DNA from: Planctomycetota bacterium
GTDB taxonomy: Bacteria > Planctomycetota > PLA2 > JAEUHO01
Reading direction: 5' to 3'
Assembly: GCA_050248855.1 (NCBI GenBank)
Contig: JBFWRP010000006.1
Coordinates: 32,001 to 96,000, forward strand
DNA: 64,000 nucleotides
The position numbers and the translations under genes are program-made. The notes below the pieces were generated by a model, which did not search any database, was not told the origin of the DNA, and saw only the letters and a list, made by a program, of their open reading frames with translations. This document shows, piece by piece, positions 44,236 to 53,164 of the stretch (position 1 is the stretch's first letter; the number at the start of each line of letters is the position of its first letter).

Positions 44236-44882
44236 CCGAGGGGCCCACCCGCGTGCGCTCTGCCGAGGCGCTCGTCGCAGCCGGCTGGACGCGGCGCTTC
44301 CTGGCCGACCCCGAGCGGGCCAGGGAGGCCGTGGAGACCTATGGCGCCTTGGGGTTCGACGTACGGGCGGAGCCGCTCGCCCCGGCAGACTTCGACGAAG
44401 CCTGCTTCCACTGCAGCGAGTCCGTCTGCAGCGCCTACGTGATGATCTACACCCGGGAGCGAGCCGGCGGAGGTACGCGCATGCAGACGCTCCAACCTGC
44501 GGGCTGGCCCCGGCCCAAGGGCTACGCCGACGGTGTGCTCGCCCGCGGTAGCTGGCTCTGCGTAGCCGGCCAGGTCGGCTGGGACGAGAACGAGGTCTTC
44601 CAAGCGCAGGACCTCGTCGGCCAGGCGCGCCAGGCCCTTGCCAACATCGTCGCCGTGCTCGCGGCCGGCGGCGCCAAGCCGGAGCATCTGGTCCGGCTCA
44701 CGTGGTACGTGACGGACAAGGACGCCTACCTCGGGGCCCAGGCCGAGCTTGGTCAGGTCTACCGCGAGGTCATCGGGAGGCACTACCCGGCCATGTCGCT
44801 GGTCGTCGTCGCCGGCCTCGTCGAGGACGGGGCCTTGGTCGAGATCGAGGCCACGGCTGTCGTGCCCGAGGAGGTCGCATGA
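44232..44882 (+). CDS. Small Cys-containing domain fused in frame to a RidA/YjgF-family domain
   Basis: GTGA overlap; GWTRRF...CFHC...C..IYTR, then MQTLQPAGWPRPKGY...AGQVG...PAMSLVVV...VEIEATA. An internal RBS plus ATG lies at 44481. Confidence 0.75.
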   Translation: MTEGPTRVRSAEALVAAGWTRRFLADPERAREAVETYGALGFDVRAEPLAPADFDEACFHCSESVCSAYVMIYTRERAGGGTRMQTLQPAGWPRPKGYADGVLARGSWLCVAGQVGWDENEVFQAQDLVGQARQALANIVAVLAAGGAKPEHLVRLTWYVTDKDAYLGAQAELGQVYREVIGRHYPAMSLVVVAGLVEDGALVEIEATAVVPEEVA

Positions 44883-45658
44883 GCATGCAGCAGGCAGATG
44901 GAACCGTCCGCGTTCGTCGCGCACACGACGACCGGGTCGTCGTCCTCACGCTGGACGCCCCCAAGGCCAACGTGCTGGATGCCAACATGGTCGCGGGGCT
45001 CGTGGCGGCCCTGGACCAGGAGGTCTCGCCGGCAACCCGCCTGCTCGTCTTCGAGGGTGCGGGTCAACACTTCTCGTTCGGGGCGAGCGTCGAGGAGCAC
45101 CGTCCCGACCAAGTCGCCTCGCTTCTCGAGGGCTTCCACGGCCTGTTCCGCAAGCTCGCCCAGCTGGCCGTGCCGACGTGCGCCGTCGTTCGTGGCCAGT
45201 GCCTCGGCGGAGGCCTCGAGCTCGCGTCCTGGTGCACCTGGATCGCAGCGACGCCCGACGCCCGCCTGGGACAACCCGAGATCAAGCTCGCCATGTTCCC
45301 TCCCATGGCCTCCCTGCTGCTTCCGTGGCGGGTCGGCGGCGCTGCCGGGCTGGACCTCTGTGTGTCGGGGAGGTCCGTCACGGCAGACGAGGCACGCGCG
45401 ATGGGCCTCGTGAACGTCGTGACGGACGAACCCGAGGCGTGGTGGCAGGGCCTCGTCATCGACCACTTGGCCAAGACCAGTGCGATGGCGCTCCGCCACG
45501 CGGAGCGGGCCGCCCGTAGCACGCTCCTGCGTCAGATCGACGAAGAGCTTCCGCGCCTCGAGCGGAGGTTCATCGACGAGCTGATGCAGACCCACGATGC
45601 CAACGAGGGCATCGAGGCGTTCGTCGCCCGACGCGCCCCCGTGTACCTCGACCGCTAG
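44879..45658 (+). CDS. dch: Cyclohexa-1,5-diene-1-carbonyl-CoA hydratase (crotonase family)
   Basis: PKANVLD, HFSFGASVEEH, CLGGGLEL, GQPEIKL and THDANEGI. Confidence 0.85.
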   Translation: MSMQQADGTVRVRRAHDDRVVVLTLDAPKANVLDANMVAGLVAALDQEVSPATRLLVFEGAGQHFSFGASVEEHRPDQVASLLEGFHGLFRKLAQLAVPTCAVVRGQCLGGGLELASWCTWIAATPDARLGQPEIKLAMFPPMASLLLPWRVGGAAGLDLCVSGRSVTADEARAMGLVNVVTDEPEAWWQGLVIDHLAKTSAMALRHAERAARSTLLRQIDEELPRLERRFIDELMQTHDANEGIEAFVARRAPVYLDR

Positions 45659-45667
45659 GAGACCCCG

Positions 45668-46528
45668 ATGTCCTCAGGAACCGTTGACTGCCTGTTTCCC
45701 CTCTTGCTGAAGGAGTGGAAGAAGAGCTGGGTCGAGGCCACCAACTCGCCCGGCGAGCTCAAGTGCCAGGTCGAGCAGGCGTGGGGGGATGGATACGCAA
45801 GCGGCGAGGAGCTGATCGCCCAGATGGATGCCGCGGGCATCGAGACGGTCCTCGTGACGGACCTCCTCGCGTGGTCGTACACGCGTCAGCAGCGCTTCGC
45901 CCTGGACATGACCGATCGCATCGCCGAGCTGACGCGCAAGTACCCGGGGCGCATCTACGGTCTTGCCGACTACGACCCGTTCCGCATCGGGCCGAGCCTT
46001 GCGAAGCTCGAACGTGACGTGACGGAGCACGAGTACAAAGGTGTCTACGTCCACATCTACGGCTACGACATCGGGCTGGACCACCGCAAGATGTACCCGC
46101 TGTACGCCAAGTGCGAGGAGATGGGTGTACCGGTCTCGATGCAGGTAGGGCACGTCTTGGAGGCCATGCCCAGCGAGCATGGCAGGCCCATCCAGCTGGA
46201 CCGGATCGCGTGCGATTTCCCGAACCTGACCCTGATCGGCACCCATACGGGGTACCCCTGGGTCGACGAGATGCTGGCGGTTGCGGGCAAGTGGCCCAAC
46301 GTCTACGTGAACACGAGTGCCTGGCTCCCGAAGTACTTCGGCCCGTCCCTGGTCCGCTTCATGAGCGGTCGGGGAACGCACGGCAAGGTGCTCTTCGGTA
46401 CGAACGGGCTCGACTGGACGCGCTACCTGCAGGAGTTCGAGCGTCTCGGCATTCCGGAGGACTACGCGCACGCGATCCTCTGCCAGAACCCTCGGCGCGT
46501 GCACGGGCTCCCGGCGCTCGTGCCTTGA
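45668..46528 (+). CDS. Amidohydrolase_2-family metallohydrolase/decarboxylase
   Basis: MYPLYAKCEE, DRIACDFPNL, HTGYPW, NVYV and KVLFGTN. Confidence 0.85.
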   Translation: MSSGTVDCLFPLLLKEWKKSWVEATNSPGELKCQVEQAWGDGYASGEELIAQMDAAGIETVLVTDLLAWSYTRQQRFALDMTDRIAELTRKYPGRIYGLADYDPFRIGPSLAKLERDVTEHEYKGVYVHIYGYDIGLDHRKMYPLYAKCEEMGVPVSMQVGHVLEAMPSEHGRPIQLDRIACDFPNLTLIGTHTGYPWVDEMLAVAGKWPNVYVNTSAWLPKYFGPSLVRFMSGRGTHGKVLFGTNGLDWTRYLQEFERLGIPEDYAHAILCQNPRRVHGLPALVP

Positions 46529-46565
46529 GCACGATCGTGCGTGCCGCTGGCGAGGGAGTCGCTGC

Positions 46566-47852
46566 ATGAGGATCGACGCACCTGCGGCTCGGATCGAGGA
46601 CGGGCGCGTCAACCCTGGCTACGTCAAGCTCGACTTGTTCTGCCGGGGCCTGCGCGTGGACCCCGCGGTCGAGCTGGGCGAGGGCCGTGGGCCCCTGCGC
46701 ATGCGCTCCGGGCTCGGCAGCGGCCTGGAGCTGCGCCTGCCGGGTCCTCAGCGAATCCACGTGAACGCGCCTGTGGTCGAGCCCTTCGCGCACAGCAGCC
46801 CCTATGTCCTGGTTCCTGCTCCTCGGAGCCGAGCCGGGGCGGGCCTCGCGCTCGAGTACGAAGGCCGGTTCTTGATGGACGTCGCGCTGCCGCCTCAGCC
46901 CCGCTTCCGCGAAGCCACGACGACGCGGGGGCGGCGCATGGGCAGCATCGGCGTCATGCAGGGCACCTACCTGGGTGTCTACTTCGGACCGACGTGCGCG
47001 AACTGGAAGTCCCCCGCGCGGGACATCTGTCGCTTCTGCTCGGTGGGGGACAACGTCGCAAGCGGTGACGAGACCACAGACAAGACCGTCGAGGACGTGG
47101 TGGAGACCGCCCTGGCGGCGCGCGACGAGCTCGGGATCACCTTCGTCCACGTCAACGGTGGGTACGACGATCGCGGCAGCTACGTGGCGCGGTACGTCCC
47201 TCTGGTCGAGGCGCTTCGCCGGCGCACGGGACTCCTCGTGGGGCTCCAGATCCCGCCGCTCTCCAGCGTCGAGGCGTACCGGGCCCTCGCACGGGCAGGC
47301 GTGGACAACCTCTCCCTCTGCTTCGAGCTCTGGGACGAGGCCCGGTTCGGGGAGGTCTGTCCGGGCAAGGCCCGTCGCACGCCCCTGGCAGCGTTCCGCG
47401 ATGCGCTGGCGTGGTGCGTGCGGGACGTCGGGTTCGCCACGGTCAACGGCGAGATGATCGCGGGCCTGGAGAGCGTCGCGTCGAGCCGCGCCGCCGTCGA
47501 CTGGCTGGTCGAGCTGGGGGCCGTGCCCACCGTGTGCGTCTTCCGGCCGGTCGTCGGCACGCCGCTGCAGGACCGGGCGCCTCCTGCCACCGAGGAGCTT
47601 GCGCCCTTGTTCGCCCATGCCTGGCACCGCGTGATCGCACGCGGGCTGCCGGTGGGGATCGCACCCGGCATCCATGTGTCGATCGTCCTCACACCCGAGG
47701 AGTGGCGGTGGCTGGTCCCTCCGGCCGAGCGCAGCCGGCACCGCCTGCCCAGGCTGAGGCTCGCGGCCCTGCGCAGCGGCTACCGCGCGATGCGCCGGGT
47801 GCGCGGGATGATGCGCCCTGGGCCGATTCGGCCACGGCGTTCGAGCTGCTGA
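46566..47852 (+). CDS. Radical SAM protein with atypical CX10CX2C motif
   Basis: CANWKSPARDICRFC, RSGLGSGLEL, VCPGK, IAGLES and FRP.VGTPL. Confidence 0.8.
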   Translation: MRIDAPAARIEDGRVNPGYVKLDLFCRGLRVDPAVELGEGRGPLRMRSGLGSGLELRLPGPQRIHVNAPVVEPFAHSSPYVLVPAPRSRAGAGLALEYEGRFLMDVALPPQPRFREATTTRGRRMGSIGVMQGTYLGVYFGPTCANWKSPARDICRFCSVGDNVASGDETTDKTVEDVVETALAARDELGITFVHVNGGYDDRGSYVARYVPLVEALRRRTGLLVGLQIPPLSSVEAYRALARAGVDNLSLCFELWDEARFGEVCPGKARRTPLAAFRDALAWCVRDVGFATVNGEMIAGLESVASSRAAVDWLVELGAVPTVCVFRPVVGTPLQDRAPPATEELAPLFAHAWHRVIARGLPVGIAPGIHVSIVLTPEEWRWLVPPAERSRHRLPRLRLAALRSGYRAMRRVRGMMRPGPIRPRRSSC

Positions 47853-47891
47853 TCGTCCGCGCTGGCGAGCAGACCACGCTCAAGCGCTGAC
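47841..47891 (+). repeat. Right copy of island-bounding direct repeat (remnant PDZ gene 3' end)
   Basis: Encodes ELLIVRAGEQTTLKR*; 45/51 nt identical to 7280-7330. Confidence 0.85.
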
Positions 47892-48001
47892 CCCGGAGTG
47901 CGCACACGGATGTGTCAGAACCCTTGCCGCGGAGTGGCGAAGCCGCGACGTGGGCAAGGTGTCTGACACGGTGGGTGCGCGCTCCGACGGCCGAGGGGCG
48001 C

Positions 48002-48155
48002 CGCACTGCGGTGTCAGTTGGACATGCCGGCGGGAAAGCCCGTCCGGAGGCGGGGATTCCTTCCGCAACTTGTTGATGGGCAATTCCGCAGGCGCAAGAG
48101 CAGGGCGGCAACTTGCGGAAGAAATCCCCGCCACCCTGCCGCGTCTCCGCGCGGC
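48002..48155. repeat. REP/MITE-like palindromic element, copy 1
   Basis: Hairpin ggcggggattccttccgcaa...ttgcggaagaaatccccgcc; homologous in inverted orientation to 56770-56928. Confidence 0.8.
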
Positions 48156-48216
48156 TCCTGCCGCGGGGCCGTCGTCGTGCCAGCGGAACCGCGATCCTCA
48201 TGGCATGGTTTCCCTC

Positions 48217-48441
48217 ATGCAGACCACGCTCGAGATCGAGGGCGCAACGATGCGTCGGCTGACTGCCGAGGCGCGCCGGCAGGGGCGGACCGTGTCGGAG
48301 CTGGCGGAGGTCGCCTTCCGGCAGTTCCTGCAATCCGTGGCCACGCAGGCCCACCTCCCTGACCTACCGCGATTCCGCGGCGGACGGTTGCTCGTCGACC
48401 TGGGTGACCGGGATCGGCTCTACAGGGCGATGGAAGAGTGA
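48217..48441 (+). CDS. Ribbon-helix-helix (CopG/VapB-like) antitoxin, orphan
   Basis: MQTTLEI...EARRQGRTVSEL...LPRF.GG.LLVD..DRD.LY.AME; no PIN toxin follows. Confidence 0.65.
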   Translation: MQTTLEIEGATMRRLTAEARRQGRTVSELAEVAFRQFLQSVATQAHLPDLPRFRGGRLLVDLGDRDRLYRAMEE

Positions 48442-48553
48442 GCAGAGCGCAACGCGCTCAGGAACCAACTGACGAACGAGTCGACCGCCGAGGCGCCTCG
48501 CGTTGCCGCTCTCGCGGCGCCGCGGCGCCGGATCACGCAGCTCCTCCGCGTGT

Positions 48554-49768
48554 CTACATCCCCGCGGCGACCGGGTCGAAGGGCGTGGCGGGGTCGTCGA
48601 TGCGCGGTTGGCGGGCGAGTGCGTCGGACACGACGATGCCGCCGCAGCCCATGAGGTAGCCGCCGCCGATCGAGGGCAGCAGGACGAGCTCGCCACCTTG
48701 GATGCGCTGCTCGGGCCGCTCGTCCACGGCCACGACCTTGCCGTCCCCGTCCAGCCGGCGCTCCATGTTGCCGACGCGCAGGCCGTGGTCCAGCGCGACG
48801 AGGTTGCTCGCGGCCGAGATGTTGCCGTAACGGTAGATCGTGCGGACCACGCGCTCGGGAGCGAGCTTCAGCTCCTTGGCCACGCCGTCCAGGATCCGGC
48901 CGTTGGCTTGGTGCGGCACCACGCGAGCACTCGCGAGCGTGTCCATCAGCCCGGATGTCTCGGCCTTGATGTCGCTCTCTTCGTAGCCCAAGGCTTTCGC
49001 CGCGCACACCGCCATGCGCTTGACGGCCATGCGCAGTACGGAGGGTCCGCCCTCCATCTCGACGAGCGCCTGCTCGACCAGCTTCACGCCCGGCTGCACC
49101 TGCTTCTCGGGGAAGGCCCCGAGGTCCACCGGGACGTTGCTGTTGGCCAAGTGGATGTTGCGAGCCGAGTACTCGAAGCCCAGCTGCGGGGGCAGCATGC
49201 CGTCGGAGCCGTTGGCGTCGCCGCGGGAGACCACGACGGCGCCGGCGCCGTCGCCGAAGAGGATCGCCGTGACGGGGTCGTGGAAGTTGAGCGCTTGGCT
49301 GCCCGTCTCGGCACCGATCACGAGCACGTGCTCGTACACGCCCGTGGCCACGAGCCCGTAGGCCATGCCCATCCCGTAGATCGAGCCGGCGCACGCGGCC
49401 ATCAGCATGACGACGCCGGCGTTCGTGCAGCCCAGCGCTTGCGCCACCACGCAGTGGTCGCCGGGGATCATCTCGCTGGGCGTGAACGTGGCGTAGGCCA
49501 CGAGGCCGATGTCCTTGGGGTCGACGCCCGCCGAGGCCAGGGCGCGCTCCGCGGCGATGCGCGCGAGGTCCGAAGTGCGGCCGCCGGGGCCGGCAAACCG
49601 GCGCTGGTTGATGTGGGTCATCTGGTCAACCCACTCGCTGAAGTCGCCGGAGCGCTCGGCGTCGTAGCCCTTGACGATCCGCGAGAGGGTCGGGTTGTCC
49701 ACGACCCCCGGGGGCATGTACGAGCCGGTGCCGGACACGCGGACCAGGGGGTTGGGCTCGATGCGCAC
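48554..49768 (-). CDS. fabH: 3-oxoacyl-ACP synthase III family protein
   Basis: GTG after GGAGGAGG; GTGSYMP, AACAG (Cys), LFGDGAGA, PHQANGRI and YGNISAAS. Confidence 0.85.
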   Translation of the reverse strand: MRIEPNPLVRVSGTGSYMPPGVVDNPTLSRIVKGYDAERSGDFSEWVDQMTHINQRRFAGPGGRTSDLARIAAERALASAGVDPKDIGLVAYATFTPSEMIPGDHCVVAQALGCTNAGVVMLMAACAGSIYGMGMAYGLVATGVYEHVLVIGAETGSQALNFHDPVTAILFGDGAGAVVVSRGDANGSDGMLPPQLGFEYSARNIHLANSNVPVDLGAFPEKQVQPGVKLVEQALVEMEGGPSVLRMAVKRMAVCAAKALGYEESDIKAETSGLMDTLASARVVPHQANGRILDGVAKELKLAPERVVRTIYRYGNISAASNLVALDHGLRVGNMERRLDGDGKVVAVDERPEQRIQGGELVLLPSIGGGYLMGCGGIVVSDALARQPRIDDPATPFDPVAAGM

Positions 49769-49906
49769 GGGGCCTCCTCCGGAGCGGGCGACGGAGCGGA
49801 CCCAGGTCGGCCCCGCCCGGCATGGTGCCCCGAGGCGCCGGGCGAGGCGAGCGGGGGAGCGTCCCCGGGTCGCCCTATGGTCTTCCGCCCCCCGGAGGGG
49901 GGATCC

Positions 49907-52900
49907 ATGCGTTCCGCACCCGCCGATGCTGCCCTTCTCGCGCCCGACGATCCGCTGCCGTCCGTGCCGCGGCTGCTGCTCACGGGTGCGTCCGGCACGG
50001 GCAAGACCTGGCGTGCGCTGGAGGCCGTACGCCACGTGGCCACGCGCGAAGGGCCCCACGGGGGCGCCGCCGCGGCCCCCGGGGCGGCCCTCTTCGTGCT
50101 GCCGACCTACGCGGCGGTCCAGCACATGCGCCGCATCGCGCTCTCGCGCTGGGAGGCGCGCGGTCTGCTCGACGAGGTGTTCACCACCTTCACGGGTGCG
50201 GGCGAGCGGTTCCTCGCGCGCTTTCGCGTGGGCACGCTGCCGTCGGCGGCCACGCGCGATCGACTCGTCGTCGCGGCTCTCGACGACGCGGCGCCGCGAG
50301 CGTTCGCCGCGGTCGCGGGCAGCGCGGCCTTCCGTGCGCGTCTGCTCAGGCTCGTCAAGGAGCTGAAGCAGGGCGGGTTGCCGCCCGAGCTCGTCGCCGA
50401 TCGCCTGGAAGCCGCCACCGAGGCCGTCAGTGCGCCGGCTCGCGAGCGCCTCGAAGCGTTCCTCGCCGTGTTCCGCGCCTACCACCGCCGCCTGGCCGAA
50501 GCGGGGCTGCACGACCACGAGGACGCCCTCGTGCGACTCGCGAGGCGCTTGGAGGACGAGCCGCCCGCGGCGCCGCCGCGCCGCCTCGTCGTCGACGGCT
50601 TCGAAGACTTGACGCCCATCGAGCAGCGCATCCTCGATCGCCTGGTCGCCATCGTGGTCGGCGCGGGCGGGGAGGTCCTCGTCACGTGTCCGTTCGACGC
50701 GCGGCGCGCCGAGCTATTCTCCGCGACGGGTCCGTGGCGCGAGCACCTCCTGGGCCAGGGGTTCGTCGAGCGACGCGCCGCCGCGCCCCGCGGGGCCCGG
50801 CCCGAGCCGCTGGCACGTCTCGCCGCGGATCTGTTCGTCCCCGCCCCGCACGATCCGGCAACCCCCGGGGGCGCCCACGTCGCGTGGCTGCTCGGCGGCG
50901 ATGACGAAGACGAGGCCGAGAGCGTGGCCCGCCACCTGCGCCGGACGGTCCTGGCCGGCGAGATCACCACCGCGGACCGGCCGATCCGCTGGCACGACGT
51001 GGCCATCGTCGTGCGTGACACGGCGCGCGACGCCGGTCGCTTCATCGATGCCCTGGAGCGTGTCGGCGTGCCCGTGCGCGCCGGTGGCGCGGCGGCCACG
51101 CTCGGGCGCACGCCCTTGGTGCGTGCGCTGCGCGGAGCCCTCGACGTGGTCGGAGGCCACACCGAGGCCGGCGCGTTCGAGCCCTACGCCGTACACGCGT
51201 GGCTGGCGTGGTGCGTGGTCGCCGCGGGCGACGAGGCGGCGCGCAGCGCCCACGACGCGCTGGAGGTCCAGCACCGTCGCGAGGGCGCCCCGCGCACGTG
51301 GGACACGTGGCGGTCGGAGCTGCCGGACGCCCTGGCGCCGTGGGCCGAGCGGCTGGAGGCCGTACGCGCTGGCTTGGGCGCGGCAACGGGGCCCGACGCC
51401 TTCGACCAGCTGCGTTCCGCCCTCGACGACCTGGCGCCGCTACCGACCTCCGCGGGGCTCGATGCCTCGGGTCGCCCGCTCGACGCGCGGCAGGACGCCC
51501 GTGTCGCGGCGGCCACTGCGGCGGCGTGGCGCCTGCGCGAGGTCGTGGGGGGGCTCGCCGATGCCGCGCGTCGCACGGGCGTGGGTCCTGCGTCACCGGC
51601 CGAAGCCGTGGAGGACGTGCTGGCGCAAGTCGATGCGCTGCCCTTCGCGCCCCGCGATCGCCGCCTGGACGCCGTGACCGTGCTCGACATGGAGACGGCC
51701 CGCTTCTGGGAGCCGGCGCTCGTCGTGGTGGCGGGGCTCGAGGCAGGACGCGTGCCCAAGCGACCGCGACAGGACATCCTGCTCGCCGACGACGATCGCG
51801 ACGCCCTGGCCGAGCGCGACGCGGTCTTGAAGCTGCCGCGGGCCCGCGACCGCGAGGTGCGCGAACGTCGTCTGCTCTACACCACGTTCACCGCCGCCCG
51901 CACCACGTTGTGGCTGTCGCGGCCCACGGTGGACGCGCGCGGCGAGGGTCTGCCGCCCGCGTTCCCGCTGCGTGCGCTCCAGCGATGCGTCACGCCGTCG
52001 ATCCGTCACGAGACGGGCGCACCCGGGGTGACGGCGCCGCGCCCGGACCTCGTCGCGTGTACGCACGACCTCGTGCGCCTGGCCGTCTCGCCGGGCACAT
52101 CCGCCGCACTCGCAGCGGCCCTGGTGCGAGCCGTGCCCGAAGCGCGTGCGGCGCGGGAGCGAGGTCGCCTGCGGCGTGCCACGCGCTTCGCCCTGCCCGA
52201 CGGGCTCGCTGCCTCGTTGGCGCATCGCTTCGAGGCCCTGAGCCCGAGCGAGGTCGAGACGGCCCACGTGTGTCGCGTGCGCCACCTGTTCCAGCGCACG
52301 CTGGCCGTGCCGGAGGACGACCTCGGCTTCGAGCCCCGCGGCCTCGAGCCCGCCGACGAGGGCCAGGTCCTGCACGCCGCCTTCCGCCTGGCCCTGCTCC
52401 ACGGCGACCGCGACGCGGAGGCGATCGCGAAGGAGGCGCTCGAGGCCAGCGACATCGACGCGGACGACGCTCCGCTTCTCCTCGCCGAGACGGTGCGCGC
52501 CATCGAGCTGCTCCGACTGCGCGAGACCTCGCTGCCGGCGGGACTGCAACCGTCGCCCGCGTGGCTCGAGCGTTCGTTTGCCCCACCTCGCGACGAGGTG
52601 CGCATCGGCCAGGGCGACGGCGCGTTCCTGCTGAAGGGCCGCATCGACCGCGTCGACGTGGGCCAGGGCGTGCCCACCGGTCCCGCGGTGGTCGTGGACT
52701 ACAAGCGCTCGGCGGGCGCCGTGGAGGCTTCGTCCAAGGCCGACCGCGAGGGCCGGGGCCTGCAGCTGAGGCTCTACGCGGAGGCCGTGGAGGCCTTGGC
52801 CCCGCTGCGGGTCGTGGGCATCGAGTGGGCAGCGGCCTTGGTGCGCCTGCGACGGGCGTTCTTCGACCAGGAGGCCAACGCGCCGCTCGAAGGGCGACGC

Positions 52901-53164
52901 GAGGGCGCCCCGTCGTGGTTCCTTTCCCATGCCGACTTCACGGCGCATCGCCAAGCGGCGGTGGACGCGGCCGTGGGCGCCGTGGCGGACCTGCGCGCCG
53001 CGCGACTGGACCGTGCGCCGCTCGACGCCGAAGACTGCGCCAGCTGTCCATGGCGTCGTCCGTGCCGCCCCGACCACGACGCGGTGGCCGCGGCGTCGGC
53101 CCTGCGCCGGCCTGCCATCGCCAAGGCCGACGACGCGGACGAGGCGGGAGACGACGACGCATGA
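49907..53164 (+). CDS. addB: AddB-like inactive helicase / PD-(D/E)XK nuclease
   Basis: GASGTGKT, VVDGF.DLT..E, ERRLLY, GRIDRVD, VDYK, QL.LY and CASCPW..PC Fe-S staple cysteines. Confidence 0.8.
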   Translation: MRSAPADAALLAPDDPLPSVPRLLLTGASGTGKTWRALEAVRHVATREGPHGGAAAAPGAALFVLPTYAAVQHMRRIALSRWEARGLLDEVFTTFTGAGERFLARFRVGTLPSAATRDRLVVAALDDAAPRAFAAVAGSAAFRARLLRLVKELKQGGLPPELVADRLEAATEAVSAPARERLEAFLAVFRAYHRRLAEAGLHDHEDALVRLARRLEDEPPAAPPRRLVVDGFEDLTPIEQRILDRLVAIVVGAGGEVLVTCPFDARRAELFSATGPWREHLLGQGFVERRAAAPRGARPEPLARLAADLFVPAPHDPATPGGAHVAWLLGGDDEDEAESVARHLRRTVLAGEITTADRPIRWHDVAIVVRDTARDAGRFIDALERVGVPVRAGGAAATLGRTPLVRALRGALDVVGGHTEAGAFEPYAVHAWLAWCVVAAGDEAARSAHDALEVQHRREGAPRTWDTWRSELPDALAPWAERLEAVRAGLGAATGPDAFDQLRSALDDLAPLPTSAGLDASGRPLDARQDARVAAATAAAWRLREVVGGLADAARRTGVGPASPAEAVEDVLAQVDALPFAPRDRRLDAVTVLDMETARFWEPALVVVAGLEAGRVPKRPRQDILLADDDRDALAERDAVLKLPRARDREVRERRLLYTTFTAARTTLWLSRPTVDARGEGLPPAFPLRALQRCVTPSIRHETGAPGVTAPRPDLVACTHDLVRLAVSPGTSAALAAALVRAVPEARAARERGRLRRATRFALPDGLAASLAHRFEALSPSEVETAHVCRVRHLFQRTLAVPEDDLGFEPRGLEPADEGQVLHAAFRLALLHGDRDAEAIAKEALEASDIDADDAPLLLAETVRAIELLRLRETSLPAGLQPSPAWLERSFAPPRDEVRIGQGDGAFLLKGRIDRVDVGQGVPTGPAVVVDYKRSAGAVEASSKADREGRGLQLRLYAEAVEALAPLRVVGIEWAAALVRLRRAFFDQEANAPLEGRREGAPSWFLSHADFTAHRQAAVDAAVGAVADLRAARLDRAPLDAEDCASCPWRRPCRPDHDAVAAASALRRPAIAKADDADEAGDDDA

